A stretch of DNA of 64,000 bases from an uncultured Trueperaceae bacterium (GTDB taxonomy: Bacteria > Deinococcota > Deinococci > Deinococcales > Trueperaceae): contig CAWCXJ010000008.1 of the NCBI GenBank assembly GCA_963799485.1, positions 224,001-288,000 on the forward strand. The letters run 5' to 3'. Shown in pieces: positions 16,619 to 25,156 of the stretch (positions within the stretch are counted from its first letter, which is position 1; each line of letters opens with the position of its first letter). Under the pieces are notes generated by a model. It ran no database searches and was not told the DNA's origin. It saw only the letters and a program-made list of their open reading frames with translations. A program made the translations under genes and the position numbers.

Positions 16619-17548
16619 ATGGACCCTATCATGTTGCAACTCGGGCCGCTGGCGCTGCGCTGGTACGGCTTTTTAATCGCACTCGGCGTGCTGATCGGTT
16701 CGAACTGGACGCTTTATGAAGCCAAAAAACGCGGTTTAGACCCCGACAAGCTGCTCGATATGACGCTCTGGCTGGTGCTTGCCGGACTTATCGGGGCACG
16801 CCTCGTCTACGTCCTGACGAGCCCGGCAGCGTACTTCGGCCCCGGTGGGAACCCGTGGAGCGCAGTGGCCATCTGGCAGGGCGGCGGCAGCATCCACGGC
16901 GGCGTGTTGGGTATTTTCGTGGCGGTCTGGCTTTACTCGCGGCTTCACGGGCTCAACATGTGGGCGTACCTGGACGTGTTGACGCCGGTCGGGGCGCTCG
17001 GGGTCATCGGCGGTCGGATGGGCAACTTTATGAACGGTACGGATACGACCGGGCGCGTGACGGGGTGGCCCGTCGGGTTTACCTGGCCGGAGCCGGGGAC
17101 ACAGACGTTTGGCGCGGTTGGACGGTTTATCTTCGGGGACGACCTCTGGGCGAACTCGCCGGAGGTCGTTGTCAACGGTCAGGTCGCTTACGGCCCGGTT
17201 CACCTGACCCAGGGCTACGGCGTACTCATCGGGATTGCACTGATTTTTATCTTGTTGTGGGCGTTTCGGCGGAGCCGCGCCCCGGGGTTTGTCTGGTGGC
17301 AGTTTGTTTTGTGGTATTCGGTTTTGCGTTCGGTATTCGAAGAGACGTTTCGCAATAACCCGCTCTTCTGGGAGGTGTATTTGCGTGAAGGGATCAACGC
17401 GCCCGGAATCGGGCTTTTTACCCTGACGCAGCTTGTCAGTATCCCGCTGGTTTTGATTTCAATCTATATGCTGCTAGTCATACCCCAGCCGTCGGACGAA
17501 CTTCCTCAAGCATCTGGTACCACACACAAAAGAGAGGAAGCGCTATGA
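16619..17548 (+). CDS. lgt: Prolipoprotein diacylglyceryl transferase
   Basis: RWYG, GARLVYV, GGGSIHGG, GRMGNFMNG, HLTQGY. Confidence 0.93.
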   Translation: MDPIMLQLGPLALRWYGFLIALGVLIGSNWTLYEAKKRGLDPDKLLDMTLWLVLAGLIGARLVYVLTSPAAYFGPGGNPWSAVAIWQGGGSIHGGVLGIFVAVWLYSRLHGLNMWAYLDVLTPVGALGVIGGRMGNFMNGTDTTGRVTGWPVGFTWPEPGTQTFGAVGRFIFGDDLWANSPEVVVNGQVAYGPVHLTQGYGVLIGIALIFILLWAFRRSRAPGFVWWQFVLWYSVLRSVFEETFRNNPLFWEVYLREGINAPGIGLFTLTQLVSIPLVLISIYMLLVIPQPSDELPQASGTTHKREEAL

Positions 17549-17589
17549 CCTTACTGCTATCGCACAAACGACTCGGTGTCGCCGTCCGT

Positions 17590-17925
17590 TACAGAATTGG
17601 ACAAGCTCGAGTCTCACCGTCTTTTGAAATGTCCGGATAAACGTCCGCTCGGTGTCGGAGAACTGTTCGGCGCACCGCGAGGCGGTACCGCAAAAGCTCG
17701 CGCCTAAAGCTTCAAGTGCTTTATGAGCAGGCGCGTCGAGCAGTTCCAGTCTGCGCTACCCATGACGATAGGGCACCCCGGTGCCTGAACCCGGCGCAGT
17801 GTTTCGCGCGGTTGTGGGCCGAAACTCGCCACATCGCCCAGGTAGACAAGCTTGTCGGCTCCCGCGTCAATATCGGCTAAGACAGTCTCGAGCCCCGCTA
17901 TATTCCCGTGAATACCGCAATCACC
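17590..17925 (-). pseudogene. Decayed metallophosphoesterase gene
   Basis: GIHGNIAGLETVL...LGDV...GPQP...GSAD, with shifted-frame continuation CAEQFSDTERTFIRTFQKTVRLEL; first Asp and GNHD motif altered. Confidence 0.7.
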
Positions 17926-18491
17926 GCCAGCACCTAGGCACCTGCTAGCGTCACCGGTTTTACTGCAAGCGCGCTGTGAGACCCGCGTGGGCATCTGTGA
18001 GTTTAGCTTGTGGCGACTCGCGACCAGTAGCGATGAGACCTTGCTGGAACATGCCGCTCGTCTTGACGAGAAGCAGGTACGGCTTTTTCAACTGTCTATC
18101 GGTGTTGCAAACGGTTGGGCACCAGCCGTGATGTAGACACTGCCCCAGCCCCAGTTAGGCCTCTCAAGTTACTTGCTCGAGGCGCTTGTCCTTACTTTGA
18201 GACCGGGGCAAGTCACGGAAATGCACATAAAAGTAACCTGGTAGCGGCTTACAGAGTCCGTGAGAAGCGCCTTATGAAACGAAACAAGACCAGCGCTTTG
18301 CAGCGTAAGCCGGCGTTGCAAAGCAGCTCGGCTTGACACTTGGCGAAGCCTAAAGTTTGGCAAGCTCGCGCGTACCACCTTAGGGTAGGCGCTTCGGCAG
18401 TGACGTGACCGACTGCTTGCCGACTGCTTGACTGCATAAAACCCTCTGGAGGCAACCTGGGACAGTTGCAGGCGGCGCTATACTAGTCCGA

Positions 18492-19775
18492 ATGAACGCT
18501 GACATTTACACCCATACGTTTGACAACGGCCTTACCCTGGTCGTACAAGAGATGGCCTGGTTGCCGTCGGTTTCGTTTAACTTACTCTTGCCGTTCGGCG
18601 CTGTAACCGACCCGCAAGGCGCTTTGGGAAGCGCCGCCGTGCTCGCCGAATGGCTCGACCGGGGAGCCGGAACGCGCGACTCACGCACCTTGTCTGCCGA
18701 TCTCGACGCGCTCGGGGTGCGGCGTGGCGGCGGTGCCGGCGGCGAGAGTACGGTGCTTTCGGGTTCGCTGCTCGCCGACGCCTTACCCGCGGCGCTGGCA
18801 CTCTACGCCGACATCGTGCGGCGTCCGCACCTTACCGACGCCGAATTTGAGCCTGCTCGCACGGTTGCGCTGCAAGACCTTGCCTCGCTCGAGGACAACC
18901 CGGCTCAGCGGTTATTTATCGCGCTGTCCAAAACCTATTTCGCCTCCGCGCACGGGCGCAGCAGCTACGGCGAGGCCGACGACCTAAAGGCGCTGAGTGC
19001 TGCGGGCGTGCGGCAAGACGCTGCGCGGCGGCTCGGGCCGCAGGGCGCAATCTTGAGCGTCGCAGGGGGCGTTCGCCGGGAGAACGTAAAAGCGCTTGTC
19101 GAAAAGCTTTTCGGTGACTGGCAAGGTGCCGGGGTACCGCTACCCGAGGTGCAGGTCGGTAAAACGCACACTACTCATATCACCGCCCAAACCTCACAAA
19201 CGCAGATCGGCGTGGCTTACGAGGCGTTGCCGCCCGGTCATCCGGACTGGTACAAAAATGCTCTGTCGGTCGCCGTTTTGAGCAAAGGAATGGGGTCGCG
19301 CCTGTTTGCCGAGGTACGCGAAAAACGTGGTCTCGTCTACAGCGTTACGGCGCTCGGCCGGGCAGTACACGGTTACGGCTACACGCTCGCCTACGCCGGC
19401 ACGACCCCCGAACGGGCCGCTGAAACGCTTCAAGTCCTCCTCGGTGAACTTACGCGCCTGCGGGACGGGATAAGCGCCGAAGAGTTGGCGCGCGCCCGCA
19501 CCGGCCTCTTGTCAGGGCTGGTGATGGAAGGCGAATCGAGCGGCGGCGTCGCCGCGAGCCTTGCCCGCAACACCTTCTTGTTCGGCGCGCCGCGTCCGCT
19601 GGACGTTATCAAGGCTGAGTTGTCGGCGGTGACGCTGGCGGGTCTCAACCGCTACCTGGCGGAGCGCCCCGAACCTCGCTTTACCGTCCTGACGCTCGGC
19701 CCGAGCGCCCTGAACGCCGAGCTCGCCGCAACGACCGTTCCGGAAACCGACCCCGTAGAAAAGGTAAACGCATGA
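18492..19775 (+). CDS. M16 family peptidase, non-catalytic subunit
   Basis: M16 fold (SRLFAEVREKRGLVY) but no HXXEH; leaderless TATACT-N7-ATG. Confidence 0.9.
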   Translation: MNADIYTHTFDNGLTLVVQEMAWLPSVSFNLLLPFGAVTDPQGALGSAAVLAEWLDRGAGTRDSRTLSADLDALGVRRGGGAGGESTVLSGSLLADALPAALALYADIVRRPHLTDAEFEPARTVALQDLASLEDNPAQRLFIALSKTYFASAHGRSSYGEADDLKALSAAGVRQDAARRLGPQGAILSVAGGVRRENVKALVEKLFGDWQGAGVPLPEVQVGKTHTTHITAQTSQTQIGVAYEALPPGHPDWYKNALSVAVLSKGMGSRLFAEVREKRGLVYSVTALGRAVHGYGYTLAYAGTTPERAAETLQVLLGELTRLRDGISAEELARARTGLLSGLVMEGESSGGVAASLARNTFLFGAPRPLDVIKAELSAVTLAGLNRYLAERPEPRFTVLTLGPSALNAELAATTVPETDPVEKVNA

Positions 19776-20992
19776 CTTTCGACAAAATAACGCTTCCCAA
19801 CGGCCTCGAGATTATCGGCGAACACAACCCCGAGGCGCAGTCGTTCGCTGCTGGCTATTTCGTCAGAACGGGCGCGCGGGACGAAACCGAGGAGGTTTCG
19901 GGTGTCTCGCACTTTTTAGAACACATGATGTTTAAGGGTACCGAGAAACGGAGCGCTGAAGACATCAACTTGGAGTTCGACACGCTCGGCGCAAATTACA
20001 ACGCCTACACCTCGGACGAGCGCACCGTGTATTACGGCGCGGTCTTGCCCGAACGCGGCGCGGCGCTCGTCGATTTACTCTCGGACATGATGCGCCCCGC
20101 CCTCCGCGAAGACGATTTTACGCTCGAGAAAAACGTCATTCTAGAAGAGATCGCCATGTACGAAGACCGTCCCGCCTTCAAGGTTTTTGAAGAGGGAAAC
20201 GCACGGTTTTACCGGGGCCATCCGCTCGGACAGTCGATTCTGGGGCCACCTGAGTCTATCAAGGCGCTCTCGCGGGCGCAGATGCTTGACTACTTCCGCG
20301 CCCGCTACGCGTCCGACAACCTGTTTCTGGCGGTTGCCGGGCGTTACGACTGGGAGGAGCTCGTCGCGCAGGTCGAGACCCTGACGGAGAGCTGGGAGCC
20401 GAGCCGCGCCGCACGCCGTTACCCGGCGCTCGCGGGTGCTACCGGCGATGAACAGCTCGCCCTGCCGAATTTGGCCCGCACCCATACGGCGCTCTACGCC
20501 CCCGGTGTCGGCGCGCAAGACCCGCTCCGCTACGCCGCCGGGGTGCTGGCAAACTGTATCGGCGACAGCAGCGGTCGCCTCTACTGGGCGCTCTTAGACA
20601 ACGGGCTCGCCGACAGCGCCTCCTTGTCACACGACGCCGCAGACGGGGCGGGCGTGTTTATCGGCTACCTTTCGGCGAGCCCGGACGCGCAGCAAGCGGC
20701 GTTGCGGCTCTACCGCGAGGTGTTGACGCAGGTACAAACCGAGGGCGTAAGCGAAGACGAGTGGCGGCGGGCGCAGCGTAAACTGGCGACGAGTATCACG
20801 CTGCGCGGCGAGACGCCGTTCGGTCGGCTGATGTCGCTCGGTGTGCGTTACGAACTCGAGCGTTCTTACGCCTCGGTACAAGCTACCGTCGCGCAGATTA
20901 TGGCGGCGAGTTTAGCGGACGCAGAGACGCTGCTCGGGCGTCGTCCGTTTGACAAGCTTTTTAGCCTGACACTCGCGCCTGCCCCGGCTTAA
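19772..20992 (+). CDS. M16 family zinc peptidase, catalytic subunit
   Basis: GVSHFLEHMMFKGT, NAYT, EKNVILEE. Confidence 0.95.
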   Translation: MTFDKITLPNGLEIIGEHNPEAQSFAAGYFVRTGARDETEEVSGVSHFLEHMMFKGTEKRSAEDINLEFDTLGANYNAYTSDERTVYYGAVLPERGAALVDLLSDMMRPALREDDFTLEKNVILEEIAMYEDRPAFKVFEEGNARFYRGHPLGQSILGPPESIKALSRAQMLDYFRARYASDNLFLAVAGRYDWEELVAQVETLTESWEPSRAARRYPALAGATGDEQLALPNLARTHTALYAPGVGAQDPLRYAAGVLANCIGDSSGRLYWALLDNGLADSASLSHDAADGAGVFIGYLSASPDAQQAALRLYREVLTQVQTEGVSEDEWRRAQRKLATSITLRGETPFGRLMSLGVRYELERSYASVQATVAQIMAASLADAETLLGRRPFDKLFSLTLAPAPA

Positions 20993-21063
20993 TCCGGTCT
21001 TCACGGAGCTTTAGGTCTAGCAGCAGCACAGCAGTTCTCACCCGCGCCGTCGTACACTCTTTT

Positions 21064-21723
21064 ATGCGTTTATCTAGTGTACGGCGGTTTTGCTTGTTTT
21101 TGTTCTTGCTACCTTCGGCTTATGCAGGTGCAAGCACTCAGGTGGGCAGTCCCCAAGACTTTGCCGCGTTGACTGTCCGGCCCGACGGCCCCGAAGAACT
21201 CGACCTGAGCACCGGTGTAACGACCTTGCCGCAAGGGGGTGAAATCGTCTACCGCAACGAGGGCGTGACGCTCCGGGGGTCGTTTATCCGCTACTTGGCG
21301 GGTGACTTTATCGAGGTCGAGGGCGCGTCGGTAACGGGCGACTTTGGAACGCTTCAGGCGCCGCGTCTGCGTTTTGACGTTGCGGCGCAGACGCTTCAGG
21401 CGCAGGGCGGGGCGGCGTTTTCCGGGGAGGCGTTGGAACTGAGCGCCGACACGCTTTTACTCGACTTGGGGGACGACGTAGCGGTTTTAGAGAGCAACGT
21501 GACCAGCACAGCTCCTGCGCTGACGGCTCAAAGCGCAGTTGTCGATCTCAAAAATCCGCAAGCGCTACTCGTCGGTCCTTACAGCTATCAGGACGGTCCC
21601 ATCGGGCTGACGGGTGCAGCCGGTAAACTGCTGGCGCTCTCGTGGGACGCGTCGGGGGCGCTAAGCGCCGAGAGCCAAGTTCCGGCGGCGCTGCAGACGC
21701 GTTTTGCGGCGTACCTGCCGTAA
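21064..21723 (+). CDS. Secreted beta-jellyroll (LptA/OstA-like) protein
   Basis: Signal peptide, alternating beta-strand pattern, adjacent to LptD/LptF-like genes. Confidence 0.55.
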   Translation: MRLSSVRRFCLFLFLLPSAYAGASTQVGSPQDFAALTVRPDGPEELDLSTGVTTLPQGGEIVYRNEGVTLRGSFIRYLAGDFIEVEGASVTGDFGTLQAPRLRFDVAAQTLQAQGGAAFSGEALELSADTLLLDLGDDVAVLESNVTSTAPALTAQSAVVDLKNPQALLVGPYSYQDGPIGLTGAAGKLLALSWDASGALSAESQVPAALQTRFAAYLP

Positions 21724-23801
21724 CCTCGCGCGCCTTGCAGCAAGTTATTCCACGCGTGTTTTGCCGCTACACCAGACCGGTCGCCGTTTGCAGCCTGTTG
21801 CTGCTGCTTTTGGGTAGCGGCGTCGCTTTCGGCGCTTGTGACCCTGCCGAGTATGGTCAAAAACTCGAGCTCGCGGGTCTCGGCGTAGCCTATGTGGGCG
21901 AACTGACCTACGACAGCGCCCAGGACAATGCCGAACTTTTCGGGGGCGTTTGTTTCGTTTCTAGCGGTACCCCTCAGCTCACGCTCCGCGCCCCGGCGAT
22001 GCGGGTCGAGCAGGTCGCTACCGACCCGCTGTTTGTCGCACAGGGGGCAACGCTGACGCTGACGAACTACACCATCTTTGCCGAAGAACTGTCAGGCGAC
22101 GCGCTGGGGCTGAACCTGCAAAACCTCTCGGTCATGAGCCCGCAATTTTCCGGCACGGCGGTGCGCGCCCGTTACACCGCTAAAAACGGCCAAACGATCT
22201 TTAGCGGCGTCAACTTCAAGCTCGGCAACTTCCGGGTCGAGGGCGCGGCGGCGGGGTTGACCGAAAATACGCTGGTTTTGCGCTCGGCGCGCGCGACGAC
22301 CTGCGCGTGTAAAAACGGTGGACTTTACGCGCTCGTCGCCCCAAACGTCGTTATCGATCTGTCTACCGGCCTCGTGCGGGTTGAAGGGGGCGTCCTCGAG
22401 ACGCTCGGTTTGCGTTTCGGCCTCACCCCCAACCTGCGGCTCATTTTGGGCGGCGCGTCACGTCTAGTCGGGCGTCCGGGTGGTGGACGTGTTCAGGTCG
22501 GGGGAGCGGCCCTTTTACCTGCGGCCCCGGCTCCCAAACCTGTAGGAACCGTGATCGAGGAAGGAACCAAAGTCGCCTTGCCGCTGCAGCTGACGCCGTG
22601 GGCGGGTCTCGAGCTGGGCGCGGCGGGTCTCGGTACGGAGCACCCGCTCGGGCTCGTTGCGCTGCTCAAGCTGAATTTTGCGCTCAGTCGCAGCAACCTG
22701 CAGGCGGTACTCGGACGAGTCGGGCCGGGGCTCCGCGCCGACGCGCTGCTAAGGACGCCGCTTGCGCCGGGTGTCGGTTTCGACCTCAGCACGACGAACC
22801 GCCCTTGGGCAGACGCCGGGTACTTACACGAAGGGGCGCTCGGGCTTTACGCGGGCCGTCGCCTCAGCGGGGTACTAGGTGCGGTCAACGACTCGCTCGA
22901 GCTGGGCGGGCAGCTTTTCGCCGCCTTGTCGCAGCAGACGCTCGCCGGAACGCTCATACAGTCGCCGCGTTTCGGCGTGCGGGGGAGCGCCAACTATATC
23001 GCCGCGCCTACCTCGGTCGGCGTGTTCGCGTTTCGCACCGAAGCGGAGGCAACGTTTTACCCTCGGGGCGGCAGCCCGGACGATTTGGACAATTTAAGTA
23101 CAGTCAACCTGACGCAGCTCGGCGTGCGGTTGCAACCGTCGTGGCGCGCTCGGTTCGGGGCGCTCAGAACGTTTTTTGCGCTCGACCACCGGGCGGTTTT
23201 CGGCAGCTCCCCGTTTTCAACCTATCTCGACAGGCTCGAGCCGCGCAGCATCCTAGACGGGTCTCTGGCACTGGTCGGCGAGGGCCGCCGCCTCAGCATC
23301 GGGGGGCGTTACGCGTTTGTTTTGGAGGGCGCGGAAAACCCCGTCCGGCGGCTTCGCCTGGAGGCCGCCGTAACGCTTCCGGTATCGGGACTCTCCACCC
23401 GCAGTACCCTGAGCGCCGAGGTCGCCGGTCTCTTGGGCCCTGCCGACCCCGATGTGGACGCCTTTATCGCCGCGCAAACCGAATTGCTGCTGGTGTCACC
23501 CCTCGAGCTGGGTTTCCGGGGACGTTACGATTTGTTGCCGCAAGAGGTTGGTCTAAAGCTTTTGGAGGTTTACGCGAGCTACCCCATCAGGGTAAAAAAC
23601 GTGACCTTGCGGCCTTTTTTGGGGTTGAACGCCGCGCCCTTTTTGACCGGCGATATGTTGAACGCGCCCCCGGTCGTTTCGGGCTACGGGCTCGAGGTTG
23701 CGTACCGGAGTTGCTGCGGTACACTAAGAGCGTCTTACCGGCTCCACGACCAGACCGTCAAGACCTCGTTCGACGTGCGTTTGGCTGAGGTAAACCCATG
23801 A
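21642..23801 (+). CDS. LptD-like outer-membrane protein (true start probably downstream, near 21756)
   Basis: N-terminal jellyroll with TTC motif, beta-barrel-like C-terminus with SCCG near the end. Confidence 0.6.
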   Translation: MGRVGGAKRREPSSGGAADAFCGVPAVTSRALQQVIPRVFCRYTRPVAVCSLLLLLLGSGVAFGACDPAEYGQKLELAGLGVAYVGELTYDSAQDNAELFGGVCFVSSGTPQLTLRAPAMRVEQVATDPLFVAQGATLTLTNYTIFAEELSGDALGLNLQNLSVMSPQFSGTAVRARYTAKNGQTIFSGVNFKLGNFRVEGAAAGLTENTLVLRSARATTCACKNGGLYALVAPNVVIDLSTGLVRVEGGVLETLGLRFGLTPNLRLILGGASRLVGRPGGGRVQVGGAALLPAAPAPKPVGTVIEEGTKVALPLQLTPWAGLELGAAGLGTEHPLGLVALLKLNFALSRSNLQAVLGRVGPGLRADALLRTPLAPGVGFDLSTTNRPWADAGYLHEGALGLYAGRRLSGVLGAVNDSLELGGQLFAALSQQTLAGTLIQSPRFGVRGSANYIAAPTSVGVFAFRTEAEATFYPRGGSPDDLDNLSTVNLTQLGVRLQPSWRARFGALRTFFALDHRAVFGSSPFSTYLDRLEPRSILDGSLALVGEGRRLSIGGRYAFVLEGAENPVRRLRLEAAVTLPVSGLSTRSTLSAEVAGLLGPADPDVDAFIAAQTELLLVSPLELGFRGRYDLLPQEVGLKLLEVYASYPIRVKNVTLRPFLGLNAAPFLTGDMLNAPPVVSGYGLEVAYRSCCGTLRASYRLHDQTVKTSFDVRLAEVNP

Positions 23802-23903
23802 TTAAACGCACGATTAAACCCGCTAAACGCCTGACAAAGCGGTCAACCGAACTTCTCGGCGCTGTGAGATGGACGCCTATGTCTACCTACCCTATGTCTA
23901 CCT

Positions 23904-25034
23904 ATGTTTAAACGCCTCGACCGCTACTTGCTCCAAGAAAGCATCGCCCCTTTCTTTTTCGGGCTGCTGCTCTACAGTGGCCTCGCGGTGATGAGCGCCA
24001 ACTTTCCGCGTTTACAGTGGATTGTCGGTACCCCCTTCTGGCGGCTGCTCTACTGGCTGCTGCTCCAGTTTCCGGCGGCGGTTGTGCAGACGCTGCCGAT
24101 AGCGCTCCTTTTGGCGGTGCTGCTCTCGTTCGGTCGGCTCGCCGCCTCGAATGAGCTTTTGGCGATTCAGGCGGGCGGCGTCGCCCTCAGGCGGCTCAGC
24201 GCGCTGATGCTGCTGCTTGGACTTTTCGCTGCCGGGAGCGCGCTCGCCATCAACCAGTGGGTGCTGCCGCGTACCAACGTACAGGTCGGTAGCCTCTGGT
24301 GGGAACTCACAGGGAGCGGCAGCGGGCTTTTTCGGTTGGTGCGGCAGAGTTTGCCGCTTGGGGACTATACGCTTTCATTTGAGAGCGTGACGCCGGACGA
24401 CGAACTGCAGGGGGTCAGGCTCGAGGCCTGGCAAGGAGCTGAACTAAGCGTCGTCCGCGCCGCGCGCGCACGTTTTACCGGGTCGGGACTGATCCTTTAT
24501 GACTACCAAACGACGCGCCTCGACTTGGGCGTGCTCGCGGGCACCACCCCGCAAAGTGCCGCTACGACCCTTTCCGAACTCGTACTGCTCAACAACCGTG
24601 CGCCCAACCCGGACGCGCCCCTGACCCTCAAACTTTCCGAAGACCCCAACGCGCTCATCACACGTTATTCGGGTGGCGGTTTTGAAGACGCACGCTCGAT
24701 TTCGGAAGTGTACCGGGACGCGCGCGACCCCCGCCTAAGCGCATCCGAACGCCGTGACGCCGCGACCCTCTTTCACCGCAAACTCGCCGAGCCGTTTGCC
24801 AACCTCACGCTTTTGGCGGTTGCGCTGCCGCTCGCCGTCCTGCACGCGCGGAGCCGCAGCGTCGCGTTCGGCTTGTCGTTGTCGGTGACGCTCGCCTGGT
24901 ATATTTTGCTCACCCTTGGACAACTGCTCGCGCAAGCGGGTGTGCTGCCCACCTGGTTCGGGCTCTGGTTCGGCAACGCGCTGCTTTTAGGGATAGGGCT
25001 CTATCTGCTCTACGCCCGGACGAATTTCAGGTGA
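23904..25034 (+). CDS. LptF/LptG (YjgP/YjgQ) family permease
   Basis: LDRYLL, LPIALLLAVLLSFGRLAASNELLAIQAGG, RKLAEPFA. Confidence 0.9.
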   Translation: MFKRLDRYLLQESIAPFFFGLLLYSGLAVMSANFPRLQWIVGTPFWRLLYWLLLQFPAAVVQTLPIALLLAVLLSFGRLAASNELLAIQAGGVALRRLSALMLLLGLFAAGSALAINQWVLPRTNVQVGSLWWELTGSGSGLFRLVRQSLPLGDYTLSFESVTPDDELQGVRLEAWQGAELSVVRAARARFTGSGLILYDYQTTRLDLGVLAGTTPQSAATTLSELVLLNNRAPNPDAPLTLKLSEDPNALITRYSGGGFEDARSISEVYRDARDPRLSASERRDAATLFHRKLAEPFANLTLLAVALPLAVLHARSRSVAFGLSLSVTLAWYILLTLGQLLAQAGVLPTWFGLWFGNALLLGIGLYLLYARTNFR

Positions 25035-25052
25035 GTGAACAGTGCGCGCCGC

Positions 25053-25107
25053 GTAACGACAACGAGCGCAGACCTCCCTCATGGCTTTTCACTCGTTGCT
25101 CGTTGCT
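25053..25107. repeat. Heptamer-based inverted repeat, (GCAACGA)n/(TCGTTGC)n family
   Basis: GTAACGACAACGAG...CTCGTTGCTCGTTGC; same unit as 34788-34858. Confidence 0.55.
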
Positions 25108-25156
25108 TTCTGCATAGCTAAAGAAACGCCGCAGGTGTGGTAAATTGGTGTTTCTG

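Noticed and set aside
22598..23788. 396-aa alternate-frame ORF inside the LptD-like gene
   Set aside because: Arg-rich, low-complexity frame shadow with no independent signals.
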